A stretch of 64,000 nucleotides of DNA from Anaerolineales bacterium (lineage in GTDB: Bacteria; Chloroflexota; Anaerolineae; Anaerolineales; E44-bin32), in contig JARRJK010000027.1 in assembly GCA_037379555.1 (NCBI GenBank), positions 1,285-65,284 on the forward strand, given 5' to 3'. A program made the translations under genes and the position numbers. The notes beneath the pieces are model-generated. The model was not told where the DNA came from, searched no databases, and worked only from the letters and a program-made list of their open reading frames with translations. The number at the start of each line of letters is the position of its first letter. Position 1 is the first letter of the stretch. Of this stretch, positions 54,612 to 63,710 are shown one piece after another.

Positions 54612-56023
54612 TCCGTACCGGGACTGGTGTAGTCGCAGAGTACGTCGTAGTTTGGCGCGGCAAAGGATGCGCTGGGAAGCGTGTAGCGGTTGCCAGCGAC
54701 CTCGAGACTGGGGGTGCCGGTCAGATGCTGTCCATCCGAGATCGTATCGTTGATCTCAAGGCCGTCGAAGGCGAAGAAGTCCGAAATTTGGAAAGCCAGA
54801 CTGTATTCGAGCGTATCGCCCGGTGAGTTGCCTCCACCGCTGAGGTTGGTGACCCCTTTTTGCAGGGCAATAGATTTGGCCGTCAGCGCGTGCTCGCAGC
54901 TGGCCGGGTTCTCGCTCACACCTCCACCGCTGTCGCGCGGGTCGAGAGGCGTCCAGTCGCCGCTGATCGCGGCGTTGTTGCAGGCCGTGACGTCATTCCC
55001 GGACGAGGGGTTCAGCACCCAGTTGCTGGACGCATCATCAAGAGGTATGAAGAAATCGAAGCTCAGGCTGGCGCTGCCGCTCACGCTGCCCGGGAAGGTG
55101 CAGGCGAGCGTTTCGCCTGGAGCCGCCCCAATCGCGCTGCAGGCGGCCCCCGGAGGTGAGGACGAGATCAGGGAAAACCCCTGCAGGTTGGCCGGCAGCT
55201 GATCCGAGAGCACGACCGAGGCCAGGCTCTGTCCGGGTGCGATGCCAATGGTGACGGTGTACTGCAGCGGATAGTAGCCCCGGACATTCGACCCGCTTGC
55301 AGCTTCGTCCTCGGGACCGCTGTAAGTCTTGGAAAGCGTGAACAGCGTCGGTGTAACCGTCCTCGTCGTCCAACCGGTGAGGGTGGAGGGGCCGGTGTCG
55401 CCGCAGCACCAGTCGTCGAGCGGCGTGGCGCCAAATTCGAACCCGGCCCGCGCCTGGATCGTCAGTGGGGAACCGAGATCGGCGTAGCTGCTCATGTTGG
55501 CTGTGACGGATACTGGCGCCGGAGGCTGATCAGGTGCGAAGCTGCCGAAGGGTAGACGCAGCACGACAAGCGTGTCGCCCGGCGTCCCGCTGACGGTGAT
55601 GTAGCTGCCGCTGGCATCCCGCATGAGAGGGTGTGTGGCATTTCCTGCACTGTCAAACGGGATCAGCCACATGTTCTGGTTTGGGCCGGAGGTTTGGAAG
55701 GGAACCGTCAGATATGAAGCTGAGATCGAACTCGTTCCCAGGCCGTCGTAGGGGAGGCCGCCGGTGTCGGCATCCGCTCCGGTGGTGTCCAGAATCAGGT
55801 CAATGACCGGGCCATAACCGGGATCGGCGCCGGTGTTGTCAAACTCCACCGTGAAGGTCACGTCCTGTCCGATTGGCACCTGCGCTGGGACGTTCAGGCT
55901 CAGGCTCGCAGCTGGGGCCGGCATGGGTTTGGTGTGCGTATCTTCACGGGGAGCTGGCAGTGAAGTTGGAGCAGGGCGTGCAGCGGCTGTGCTCCCGGGT
56001 AAGCCCAGCAGCATCAGAGCCAT
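54449..56023 (-). CDS. N-terminal 5' part of the same giant surface protein gene (separated by an 8-bp duplication frameshift)
   Basis: 524-aa ORF. Sensible sequence runs up to ...NYDVLCDYTSPGTEC, then an Arg/Ser-rich nonsense tail. Sense continues in the frame of ORF 47778..54611 (…DTGLPGGYNDGPTYAIIRF…). The start codon and signal peptide are uncertain (MALMLLGLPGSTAAA). Confidence 0.7.
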   Translation of the reverse strand: MALMLLGLPGSTAAARPAPTSLPAPREDTHTKPMPAPAASLSLNVPAQVPIGQDVTFTVEFDNTGADPGYGPVIDLILDTTGADADTGGLPYDGLGTSSISASYLTVPFQTSGPNQNMWLIPFDSAGNATHPLMRDASGSYITVSGTPGDTLVVLRLPFGSFAPDQPPAPVSVTANMSSYADLGSPLTIQARAGFEFGATPLDDWCCGDTGPSTLTGWTTRTVTPTLFTLSKTYSGPEDEAASGSNVRGYYPLQYTVTIGIAPGQSLASVVLSDQLPANLQGFSLISSSPPGAACSAIGAAPGETLACTFPGSVSGSASLSFDFFIPLDDASSNWVLNPSSGNDVTACNNAAISGDWTPLDPRDSGGGVSENPASCEHALTAKSIALQKGVTNLSGGGNSPGDTLEYSLAFQISDFFAFDGLEINDTISDGQHLTGTPSLEVAGNRYTLPSASFAAPNYDVLCDYTSPGTECQNATRGFRVGTTTARPTPSSVSRPRSSMTLSTTIPPATRASTRAMCSVTLPA

Positions 56024-56312
56024 CCCGAATGCATACAGTGTGCGTGTTAACCCGCAGGCGGATGGGGTGGAGCAGCGTCGACGCAGTTGGCTATTGATGT
56101 TTTTCTCCGCATTAAACAGGAGCCGCTGCAGGGCGCTCCCGGCCTAATCATAATTGGCTTCCGCATTCCTGCGCAAGGCAGGATTTTGCGGAAAATTCGA
56201 GAAAATTAATGCAACGGTCCTGGCTTTGGCAGGGCATGGATTTGGGCTTGTGCATCCGGCTGGAAGGCCTCCCCGATGTGGAGAGATGAGGGGACCAGCG
56301 TCGTCCTTCAGC

Positions 56313-56340
56313 TTGCGCATACCCCCGGCATCGCTACAAT
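56313..56340 (+). promoter_or_regulatory. candidate sigma70 promoter upstream of clpC
   Basis: TTGCGC (56313..56318), a 16-nt spacer, TACAAT (56335..56340). A second TATAAT is at 56409..56414. Confidence 0.4.
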
Positions 56341-56459
56341 GCCCTCGTTCAGAAGGGATGTATGCACTATTCATATATGCTTCTTATGTTCGCCGGGGAG
56401 CCGACGGATATAATGGATATGTGATATGTGCCGGACGCACATATCGAGGAAGGTGCTAC

Positions 56460-58931
56460 ATGATGCGATTTGACCGCTTTACTGAGCGGGCACAAGACGC
56501 GGCTCAGAGAGCAGCCGAGATCATTCAACGCTATGGTCATAATCAAATTGACACCGAGCATATCCTGCTGGCGCTGATCGAGCAGCCGCAGGGGGTGATC
56601 TCGCAGATTCTCGAGCGGCTGAACGTTGATATCGACCATCTCTCCGAATTGATCGACCAGCAACTGCGCAGCAGCCCGAAAGCGAATATCTACGGCGGCG
56701 GCGCGGGCCAGATCTTCATCACGCCGCGCGTGAAGCGCGTGGTCGATATGGCGAATGAGGAAGCCAACCGGCTAAACGACGAGTACATCTCCACCGAGCA
56801 TATATTTCTGGCGATCCTCTCCGAACGGAATACCGCCATTGCGCGGCTTCTGAACGAAGAGGGCATCACCAAGGAGCGGGTCTACGATGCGATCAAGGAG
56901 ATTCGCGGCGGACAACGGGTGACCGACCGCAAGGCAGAATCACGCTACCGGACGCTGGAGAAGTACTCGCGCGACCTGACTCAGCTGGCCAAGGAGGGCA
57001 AGCTGGATCCGGTCATCGGCCGAGATAATGAGATCCTGCGCGTCATCCAGATCCTCTCGCGCCGGACGAAGAACAACCCGGTGTTGATCGGCGAAGCCGG
57101 CGTCGGCAAGACAGCCATCGTCGAAGGACTGGCTCAGAAGATCGCTCAGAACGACGTCCCCGAAATCCTGAGCGGCAAGCGCGTGGTCTCGCTTGACCTG
57201 GGTGCAATGATCGCCGGTTCACGCTTCCGGGGCGAGTTTGAAGAACGCTTGAAAGCTGCGATCGAGGAGATCCAGCGCGCTGAGGGCGAAGTGATCTTGA
57301 TGATCGACGAGCTGCACACTGTCGTCGGGGCCGGATCAGCGCAGGGGGCGATGGATGCCTCCAATATGCTCAAACCAGCGCTGGCGCGCGGTGAACTGCA
57401 GTGCGTGGGCGCCACCACGCTGGACGAGTATCACAAACACATCGAGAAGGACGCAGCACTTGAGCGCCGCTTCGCTCCGGTGTTTGTCGAAGAGCCATCG
57501 ATCGAGGAGACGATCGAGATGCTGCAGGGCATTCGGGACCGCTATGAAGCCCATCACAAAGTGCGCTTCTCGGATGAGGCGCTGGTAGCAGCGGCCCGCT
57601 TGAGCCAGCGCTACGTCACCGACCGCCACCTGCCGGACAAGGCGATCGACCTGATCGACGAGGCCGCCGCCAAGCTGCGCGTTGCGCTTTACTCCCTTCC
57701 GCCGGAACTGAAGGAATTGAAGGCCGAGGTTGACCGGCTGATGGCGGAGGAGGAACAGGCGGGTGTCGAACGCGATTATGAACGTGCGGCCGAGAAGAAA
57801 GCCCAGCGGCTGCGCATCGAAACGGAGTTCAAGGAAAAGCGGGATGCCTGGGAATCCGAGCACCAGCTCGATGAGCTGGTAGACGAGAATGACATCGCCG
57901 AGGTCGTTGCGCAGTGGACTGGGATCCCGGTCAGCCAGGTGATGGAGACCGAAGCCGAGAAGCTGCTGCAGATGGAAGACCGGCTCCACGAGCGTATCAT
58001 CGGGCAGGACGAGGCGATACACGCCCTAGCCGACGCGATCCGGCGTGCGCGCGCCGGTTTGAAAGATCCGCGCCGGCCGATCGGCTCCTTCATCTTCCTT
58101 GGTTCTTCCGGCGTTGGAAAGACCGAGATGGCGAAGGCGCTGGCTGAATTCATGTTTGACGATGAGGATGCTCTGGTGCGCGTGGATATGAGCGAATACC
58201 GCGAGCAGCACACTGTCTCGCGCCTGTTCGGCGCGCCGCCAGGAGATATCGGCTATGAAGAAGGCGGCCAGCTGACCGAAGCGGTCCGCCGCCGTCCATT
58301 CCGTGTGGTGCTGTTTGACGAAATCGAGAAAGCGCATCCCGAGGTGTGGAATTCGCTGCTGCAGATCCTCGATGACGGCCGCCTGACGGATGGCCAGGGA
58401 AGAGTGGTCGATTTCCGCAACACAGTGCTCATCATGACCTCCAACCTGGGGACAGAATTCGTCACCCGCTCTGGAACGCTCGGCTTTCTGAAGTCGGGCG
58501 AAACGGAGGAGCGCGAGGCGGAGGAGAAGATCGAGCGCGAGCTCAAAGACACCTTCCGGCCCGAGTTCCTTAACCGGGTCGATGAGGTGATTATCTTTTC
58601 CAAGCTCACGCTGAAGGATATGGAGCAGATCGTCGATCTGCAGATGGCCCAAGTCCAGGAACGCCTGGCCGAGCATGGAATTGATGTCGAGCTCACCGAT
58701 ACCGCCCGCTCCTGGCTGGCGAACGAAGGCTTCGATCCCGATTTTGGCGCCCGGCCGCTGAAGCGGGCTCTGCAGCGGCACGTTGAGAGCCCACTTTCCG
58801 TGAAGATTCTGCAGGGCGAATTTGAGCAGGGCGAGCGCGTGTTGGTCGATTACGACGAAGAGCAGGGTGTCTTCTTCCGCCGGGTGGAGAATTCCGCTCC
58901 GGTCAAGATCGAGGAAGAAGTCTCGGCTTGA
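56460..58931 (+). CDS. clpC: ATP-dependent Clp protease ATP-binding subunit ClpC (class I AAA+, two NBDs)
   Basis: The real start is the ATG at 56460 ([18 protein letters not shown]..., RBS GAGGAAGG). The 5' extension in the ORF track is non-coding. Clp_N repeats, GEAGVGKT and GSSGVGKT Walker A motifs, a short UVR-like middle domain ([11 protein letters not shown]), and an LGF loop. At 823 aa it fits ClpC rather than ClpB. Confidence 0.95.
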   Translation: MMRFDRFTERAQDAAQRAAEIIQRYGHNQIDTEHILLALIEQPQGVISQILERLNVDIDHLSELIDQQLRSSPKANIYGGGAGQIFITPRVKRVVDMANEEANRLNDEYISTEHIFLAILSERNTAIARLLNEEGITKERVYDAIKEIRGGQRVTDRKAESRYRTLEKYSRDLTQLAKEGKLDPVIGRDNEILRVIQILSRRTKNNPVLIGEAGVGKTAIVEGLAQKIAQNDVPEILSGKRVVSLDLGAMIAGSRFRGEFEERLKAAIEEIQRAEGEVILMIDELHTVVGAGSAQGAMDASNMLKPALARGELQCVGATTLDEYHKHIEKDAALERRFAPVFVEEPSIEETIEMLQGIRDRYEAHHKVRFSDEALVAAARLSQRYVTDRHLPDKAIDLIDEAAAKLRVALYSLPPELKELKAEVDRLMAEEEQAGVERDYERAAEKKAQRLRIETEFKEKRDAWESEHQLDELVDENDIAEVVAQWTGIPVSQVMETEAEKLLQMEDRLHERIIGQDEAIHALADAIRRARAGLKDPRRPIGSFIFLGSSGVGKTEMAKALAEFMFDDEDALVRVDMSEYREQHTVSRLFGAPPGDIGYEEGGQLTEAVRRRPFRVVLFDEIEKAHPEVWNSLLQILDDGRLTDGQGRVVDFRNTVLIMTSNLGTEFVTRSGTLGFLKSGETEEREAEEKIERELKDTFRPEFLNRVDEVIIFSKLTLKDMEQIVDLQMAQVQERLAEHGIDVELTDTARSWLANEGFDPDFGARPLKRALQRHVESPLSVKILQGEFEQGERVLVDYDEEQGVFFRRVENSAPVKIEEEVSA

Positions 58932-58952
58932 AGGTTGGAAACGAAAAAGAAC

Positions 58953-58973
58953 GGGGCGGCTAAAAGCCGCCCC
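58953..58973. terminator. bidirectional intrinsic terminator between convergent clpC and recN
   Basis: GGGGCGGC-TAAAA-GCCGCCCC. The minus-strand read-out is followed by GTTCTTTTTCGTTTCC, and the plus strand by GTGTTAGTT. Confidence 0.8.
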
Positions 58974-58982
58974 GTGTTAGTT

Positions 58983-60716
58983 CTAGGCGACTGCCGGCTG
59001 TTTTTCCTGCCCGGCTTTAAGCAGAAGCTCTGCGGCGCTCTCTAAATTCGGGGCGCTCTCGCCCCCCAGCATGGTCGCCAGTTCGCGCACCCGCTCCTCC
59101 TGAGCAAGCGAGGTGACAACCGTCACCGTGCGGCCGTCGTGCAGCTTTTTCTCCACGCGGAAGTGCTCGTCGCCAAAGGCAGCCAATTGCGGAAGATGCG
59201 TGATGCAGAGCACCTGATGATTGGCCGTCAACCCCCACAGCTTCTTGCCGACGATGGCTCCGACCCGGCCGCCGATGCCCTGGTCGATCTCATCGAAGAT
59301 CAGCGTTGGTGTGTGATCAGCCCGTGCGAGGACGCTTTTCATCCCCAGCATCAAGCGGGAGGTCTCGCCGCCGGAGGCGATGCGCGCCAGCGGCTTCAAC
59401 CCCTCGCCCGGGTTGGGCTCGACCAGAAACTCGATCCGGTCCAGACCTGCCGGGCCCAGCGCATAGCGCTCGCCATCGATCTGTGCACCGTCAGGATCCC
59501 TCTTCCACTTCATGTCCAGCCCGAACTTCGCCCCGCTCATGCGCAGGTCCTCAAGTTCGGTTTCGATCGCCGCTTGCAAGCGTGAGCCTGCCGATCGCCG
59601 CAGCTCGGATAACTGCTTGCCGAGCGCCCCGAGCCCCTCGAGCAGCTCCTCTTCCCTGGCAAGCAGTTCCCCCATGCGCTCTTCGGCGTGCTCGATCTTC
59701 TCCAGTTCTTCGGCTGCTGCGTCCGTTTGGTTCAGCACCGCTTCGATCGTGTCGCCGTACTTGCGCTTCAGGGAAGAGATCATGCTCAACCGTTCTTCCA
59801 CCTCATCCAGGCGGCGCGGGTTAAATTCGATGTTCTCGCGATACGCACGGATGCTGCGGGTGAGATCGCTCACCTGGTCCTCCAGGCCTTGCGCGCTGGC
59901 GGCGAGCTCCTGCGTGCTCGGATCGATCTTCGCCAGGCTCCGCAGCGCATCGACTACTCGTCCCAGCGCGTCCTTGGCGGAAATCCGTTCGCCGTGCGAG
60001 CCGGTCAGCCCGGCCAGGGCTTGCTCGCTGCCTTGCGCCAGTTGCTCGGCGTTCGTCAGCCGCGTGCGCTCTTCTCGCAGGGTTTCGTCCTCGCCCGGCT
60101 TGAGCTTTGCCGCCTGCACCTCATCGATCTGGAAACGCAGGAAATCTGCCCTGCGGGCGAGCTCCCTTTCCTCGCTGCGGAGGTCTTCCAAAGACCGGCG
60201 GAGATCCTGCAGTTCCCGGTAATCTTGCAGGTACGCTTCGAGCACAGCCTCGACCTCTGCGTAGCGGTCGAGCAAATTGAGGTGCTTTCGGACACGCAGC
60301 AGGCTGAGGTGTTCCGATTGACCGTGGACGTCTACCAGCCATTGCCCGATTTCCGAAAGCAGGGCCAGGCTGACCGTGCGACCGTTAATGCGGCAGATGT
60401 TCCGGCCTTCGCGCCGGATTTCGCGCCCGAGCAGGAGCTGTTCCTCGTCGTCCAAAAGAGATTCGCGATCGAGGATTTCCAGCACCGGCTGGCGGATCGC
60501 GCGCTCCAACGCAAACGTCCCCTCGATTTGTGCGGTGTCAGCACCGGACCGGATAAAGGTGCTCTCCGCGCGCCCACCCAGCAGGAGCTCGACGGCGTCG
60601 ATGATGATCGATTTGCCGGCACCGGTTTCGCCGGTGAAGACGACGAACCCCGGGCCGAGCCGCAGATCAAGCTCCTCGATGATGGCGAAGTCGCGGATGC
60701 GCAGTTCGGTCAGCAT
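58983..60716 (-). CDS. recN: DNA repair protein RecN (SMC-like ATPase)
   Basis: 577 aa. MLTELRIRDFAIIEEL...FTGETGAGKSIIIDAV, long coiled coil, signature ASGGETSRLML, Walker B LIFDEID. Confidence 0.97.
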   Translation of the reverse strand: MLTELRIRDFAIIEELDLRLGPGFVVFTGETGAGKSIIIDAVELLLGGRAESTFIRSGADTAQIEGTFALERAIRQPVLEILDRESLLDDEEQLLLGREIRREGRNICRINGRTVSLALLSEIGQWLVDVHGQSEHLSLLRVRKHLNLLDRYAEVEAVLEAYLQDYRELQDLRRSLEDLRSEERELARRADFLRFQIDEVQAAKLKPGEDETLREERTRLTNAEQLAQGSEQALAGLTGSHGERISAKDALGRVVDALRSLAKIDPSTQELAASAQGLEDQVSDLTRSIRAYRENIEFNPRRLDEVEERLSMISSLKRKYGDTIEAVLNQTDAAAEELEKIEHAEERMGELLAREEELLEGLGALGKQLSELRRSAGSRLQAAIETELEDLRMSGAKFGLDMKWKRDPDGAQIDGERYALGPAGLDRIEFLVEPNPGEGLKPLARIASGGETSRLMLGMKSVLARADHTPTLIFDEIDQGIGGRVGAIVGKKLWGLTANHQVLCITHLPQLAAFGDEHFRVEKKLHDGRTVTVVTSLAQEERVRELATMLGGESAPNLESAAELLLKAGQEKQPAVA

Positions 60717-60722
60717 GGCGGT

Positions 60723-61268
60723 TTAGAGTTGAATGCCTCGTAGGCGAGCGAACAGGGCTCCCAACATCAGGAGCGCGTATCCAACCGGCCAAGCGATTGT
60801 GATCAGCACACTCGAGAGCCATCCCTGCCCGAGATCGGCTCCGGCATACATGAACATCGGAACGTAGCGGCTCAGCTGGTATCCGAGGTAAATCAGCACA
60901 CCGAGGACGCCTCCAGCGACAGCGGCAACCGGAAGTGTGCGCGAGCGCCGGCGGCGCACGGCCCAGCGTATGATCTCTGCAATCCCGCCCCCGACCACCG
61001 GTGCTACGAACAGGCCCCAGAAACCCAGGAAATCGAGCACAGCCGTCGCTCCACCCACGCACACCATGGAGATCAACGCTGCGAGGGGGATGTCGTAGGT
61101 TGTGGAATTATCGAATATCTTCTGCTGACCTTTGACGCATTCCCGGCAGCGGTAGCCGACTGGGGTTTGGACAGCGCACTGCGCGCAAATGGGTTTTTCG
61201 CAGCGATTGCAGCGCAGCGTGGTCTCACGGTCGGGGTGGTTGGCACAGACCAGCGTCTGTTCGGTCAT
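60723..61268 (-). CDS. membrane protein with N-terminal B-box-type zinc finger
   Basis: 181 aa. CANHPDRETTLRCNRCEKPICAQCAVQTPVGYRCRECV followed by four hydrophobic helices. ATGA overlap with nadK. Confidence 0.65.
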   Translation of the reverse strand: MTEQTLVCANHPDRETTLRCNRCEKPICAQCAVQTPVGYRCRECVKGQQKIFDNSTTYDIPLAALISMVCVGGATAVLDFLGFWGLFVAPVVGGGIAEIIRWAVRRRRSRTLPVAAVAGGVLGVLIYLGYQLSRYVPMFMYAGADLGQGWLSSVLITIAWPVGYALLMLGALFARLRGIQL

Positions 61269-62137
61269 CGGTGACCTCCGGCGGAAGGATTTTGGTTCAT
61301 GCGTGAGGTCAGGTTGCGATAGAAGTAATCGGGCTCTTGGAAGCGGACGAAGCGCACAACGTCCTCGCTGGCCCGGACGACGACTGCGTCTTCATCCTGG
61401 AGTGCGACGGGTTCCTGTCCGTCCATGCTCAATGAAGCCTGGTGGTCGGTGCGCACAGTGATCTTCACCTGTGATCCCTCGTGCAGCACGATGGCCCGGT
61501 CGACCGAAAGGTGCGGAGCGACTGGAACGAGCAAGATGTTACGCAGTTCCGGGGGCAGGATCGGCCCGCCGGCAGCGAGCGCATAGGCTGTAGACCCGGT
61601 GGGTGTAGCCACGATCAGCGCATCAGCGACATAGGTTGTCAGCAGATGGCCGTCGAGGACGGCCGTCAGACGGACCGGACGCACCATCTCGCCGCGACCG
61701 ATCACGCATTCATTGAGTACATCCCACCGCCCGAATTCCTCTTCCCCGCGCGTGTGCTGGGCGTGCAGCATCATGCGTGTTTCCAGCCAGAACTTGCCTT
61801 CCAGCATACGGGAAACAGCTTCCCGCCACCCCTCGCGCTGAATTTCGATGAGAAAACCCAGCCCTCCGAGGTTGATGCCCAGGATCGGCACATCGTACGG
61901 CGCGCAGAGATGGCCGGCACGCAGCATCGTTCCGTCGCCGCCGAGTGCGATCAAGACCTCGGCCTTGCCGGCATGAATCCCGCTGCGCAACTCCTCATCA
62001 TAGAGTGAGCCATAGGAATTGTCGACGCCCTCCGAATCGAGATACCGGCCGAGTTCGGCGGCCATATCCAGTGCCCGCGGCATACGGGGGTGTCCAGCGA
62101 TAAAAATTCGACGAGGAGGATGGTTCGGACCGATCAT
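61265..62137 (-). CDS. nadK: NAD+ kinase
   Basis: GGDGTMLRA motif, ...NLGGLGFL..., ...ATPTGSTAYALAAGGPI. The start at 62137 (MIGPNHPPRRIFIAGHP) is preferred. TATAAT ends 7 nt upstream, so the transcript is probably leaderless. The conserved nadK-recN neighbourhood is present. Confidence 0.93.
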   Translation of the reverse strand: MIGPNHPPRRIFIAGHPRMPRALDMAAELGRYLDSEGVDNSYGSLYDEELRSGIHAGKAEVLIALGGDGTMLRAGHLCAPYDVPILGINLGGLGFLIEIQREGWREAVSRMLEGKFWLETRMMLHAQHTRGEEEFGRWDVLNECVIGRGEMVRPVRLTAVLDGHLLTTYVADALIVATPTGSTAYALAAGGPILPPELRNILLVPVAPHLSVDRAIVLHEGSQVKITVRTDHQASLSMDGQEPVALQDEDAVVVRASEDVVRFVRFQEPDYFYRNLTSRMNQNPSAGGHR

Positions 62138-62172
62138 AATGGATATTATAAGCGCAGGTTTGCGCTCCTGCC

Positions 62173-62679
62173 TCAGGAGCCAAGCGCCTGATCGCACACC
62201 GATCGGAACCCGCAGCCCCGGCAGCGTTCTGGCTGCGAATGGGAGCGTGAGGGGAGTGAAGCGTGTGCGCCGCGCATTTCGGATAGCGTTGTAAGAAGCC
62301 GGCGTTCCAGCCCGTGTGTGTTGGCGACGCGGAAGCTGCGCTGCGGGTATGCGATGAAACCGTGCCCTGGCCTGCGCCCATGCTGGGTTTCGACCAGTCT
62401 CATGTACGCTGCGAGCTGCAGCAGATGGCTATCGTAAGGCTGCAACGGTGACTGGCCGGATTTGATCTCGACCGGGATCAGCGAGTTGCGCTGCTTAACG
62501 AGGTAATCGGGACGGCCGGCCAGGCGCAACTCGGGGTCGAAGAGCGGAGCTGCTGGTTCGAGCGTGTGGTGGTCGATGTACACCGGCACGCCGGGGGGCA
62601 TGCCCGCTCTGCGCTGTGCCTGCCGAGCGAGCAGAATCAGCAACCCTCCAAGGATGATGAGGACCAGGGCCGGGTTCAT
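62173..62679 (-). CDS. Cas4-like PD-(D/E)XK nuclease, C-terminal part with N-terminal TM helix
   Basis: 168 aa. MNPALVLIILGGLLILLA (TM), GRPDYLV...LIPVEIKSG (D...ExK), QLAAYMRLV, C-terminal CRGCGFRSVC. Confidence 0.7.
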   Translation of the reverse strand: MNPALVLIILGGLLILLARQAQRRAGMPPGVPVYIDHHTLEPAAPLFDPELRLAGRPDYLVKQRNSLIPVEIKSGQSPLQPYDSHLLQLAAYMRLVETQHGRRPGHGFIAYPQRSFRVANTHGLERRLLTTLSEMRGAHASLPSRSHSQPERCRGCGFRSVCDQALGS

Positions 62680-62688
62680 CCGTCATCC

Positions 62689-62925
62689 TCAAGGCCAGAG
62701 CAACTGGACAGCGACCAGCGCCAGGCCAATCAGGAGCGACAGCGCTCCCAACATACCCAGTGCGCGCACAGCTGAGATTGCACCCGCATGTATGCGGTGG
62801 TGTGTGCTGCCTTCAGCCATGCGGTTTTGGTTGCGCGAGATCTCGCCCCGCTGTGCATATCCCCACGCACGTTCGCAAAATGCGAACAGGCTGATATCCG
62901 AGGCGCGGATCACCGGCTGGGTCAC
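62689..62925 (-). CDS. Cas4-like nuclease, N-terminal part with C-terminal TM helix
   Basis: 78 aa. IRASDISLFAFCERAWGYAQRGE (the N-terminal Cys motif of Cas4/DUF83), ...GSTHHRIH..., then ALGMLGALSLLIGLALVAVQLLW. It is in the same frame as 62173..62679, separated only by TGA-GGA-TGA-CGG. Confidence 0.55.
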   Translation of the reverse strand: MTQPVIRASDISLFAFCERAWGYAQRGEISRNQNRMAEGSTHHRIHAGAISAVRALGMLGALSLLIGLALVAVQLLWP

Positions 62926-63563
62926 AGGTCCAACTCCTTCAGTTTGCTATGGACTGCTTCGAGCGCCTGACGCAGTTCGCTCCCCTGGAAACTGGTGGTG
63001 AGATCACCGCGCGTCCGTTCGGTCACCCCGCGCACCATGTCCGTTGTACGGCGCAAATTGCTTGTGAGCGCGTCGGGGAAGTCGATCGTCACCAGCAGGC
63101 CGTAGATCTCATCCATCGCTTCAAGCAGGCGTTCGGCTTCGGTGATCCGGTCGTGGCGCAGGATATCGAGCACCCTGCGCCGCAGCTCGCCTGCGGCCTC
63201 CCCCAGACCACCCAGGTATGGGACATAGTCCACATCCAGTTGTTCAGGCGTTGGAAGCGGGTCACCGGAGCTCAACGCATCGAAAATATTTGCCTCGGCG
63301 AATTCCTTCAAGCCGGACTGTGTGTATCCAGCGTGGTACAGGTCGGGGAAGGGCTCGAGTTCGGTCTTGAGCGCAGCGACGAGCTCGGCCGCCTGCGTGA
63401 GATGCTGGCGCGCCAGCTTGCGGTCCTCGCGGTGGGCAGCTCGAATGGCTTTGGAGCAGTGCCGGATCAGGGTACGGGAATGCTGCAGCGCCCGGTCACG
63501 CACGACGTTCTTTTCCTCAAGATGCTGCCGGATGCGGTCACCGATGTCATCCAGATTATCCAT
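62922..63563 (-). CDS. translin-family nucleic-acid-binding protein (COG2178-like)
   Basis: 213 aa, all-helical. ...DYVPYLGGLGEAAGELRRRVLD... corresponds to the translin DYLxGLxDLTGEL motif. GGAG RBS 8 nt upstream. Confidence 0.75.
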   Translation of the reverse strand: MDNLDDIGDRIRQHLEEKNVVRDRALQHSRTLIRHCSKAIRAAHREDRKLARQHLTQAAELVAALKTELEPFPDLYHAGYTQSGLKEFAEANIFDALSSGDPLPTPEQLDVDYVPYLGGLGEAAGELRRRVLDILRHDRITEAERLLEAMDEIYGLLVTIDFPDALTSNLRRTTDMVRGVTERTRGDLTTSFQGSELRQALEAVHSKLKELDL

Positions 63564-63661
63564 TGATTATTCTCCATCGTCTTCCGATTCGGGGTTTGTG
63601 CGGAAGAGTTGCCTGCGGGTTTCTGCACTTCAGGGCTCATAGCTTACTCCGATGGGAATCG

Positions 63662-63700
63662 GGCACCCTCAGCCGGCCTTTTCCGTCAGCTGAGGGTGCC
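63662..63700 (-). terminator. perfect 12-bp stem hairpin just downstream of ssb (no U tract)
   Basis: GGCACCCTCAGC (63662..63673) and GCTGAGGGTGCC (63689..63700), 15-nt loop. Confidence 0.45.
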
Positions 63701-63710
63701 GTGGTATCAA

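Noticed and set aside
56154-56459. The 5' extension of the clpC ORF (ORF-track start at 56154), and a ClpB assignment.
   Set aside because: The extension is non-conserved ([15 protein letters not shown]…) and spans the AT-rich promoter region. The Clp_N domain starts at the ATG at 56460, which has a good RBS. The middle domain is short and UVR-like and the protein is 823 aa, fitting ClpC rather than ClpB with its long coiled-coil M-domain.
35291-62691. Whether the three in-frame TGA codons (35291, 62689 and 62683) mean that TGA is a sense codon (genetic code 4 or 25) or selenocysteine.
   Set aside because: TGA is used as the genuine terminator of well-delimited genes here, at natural C-termini. 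Examples are the response regulator ending ...GYKLQTREG-TGA at 6854, ftsH at 2024, and the Usp gene at 12808. None of the affected proteins belongs to a selenoprotein family, and the aligned residue in the paralog is Trp. Nonsense mutation or base-call error is more parsimonious.
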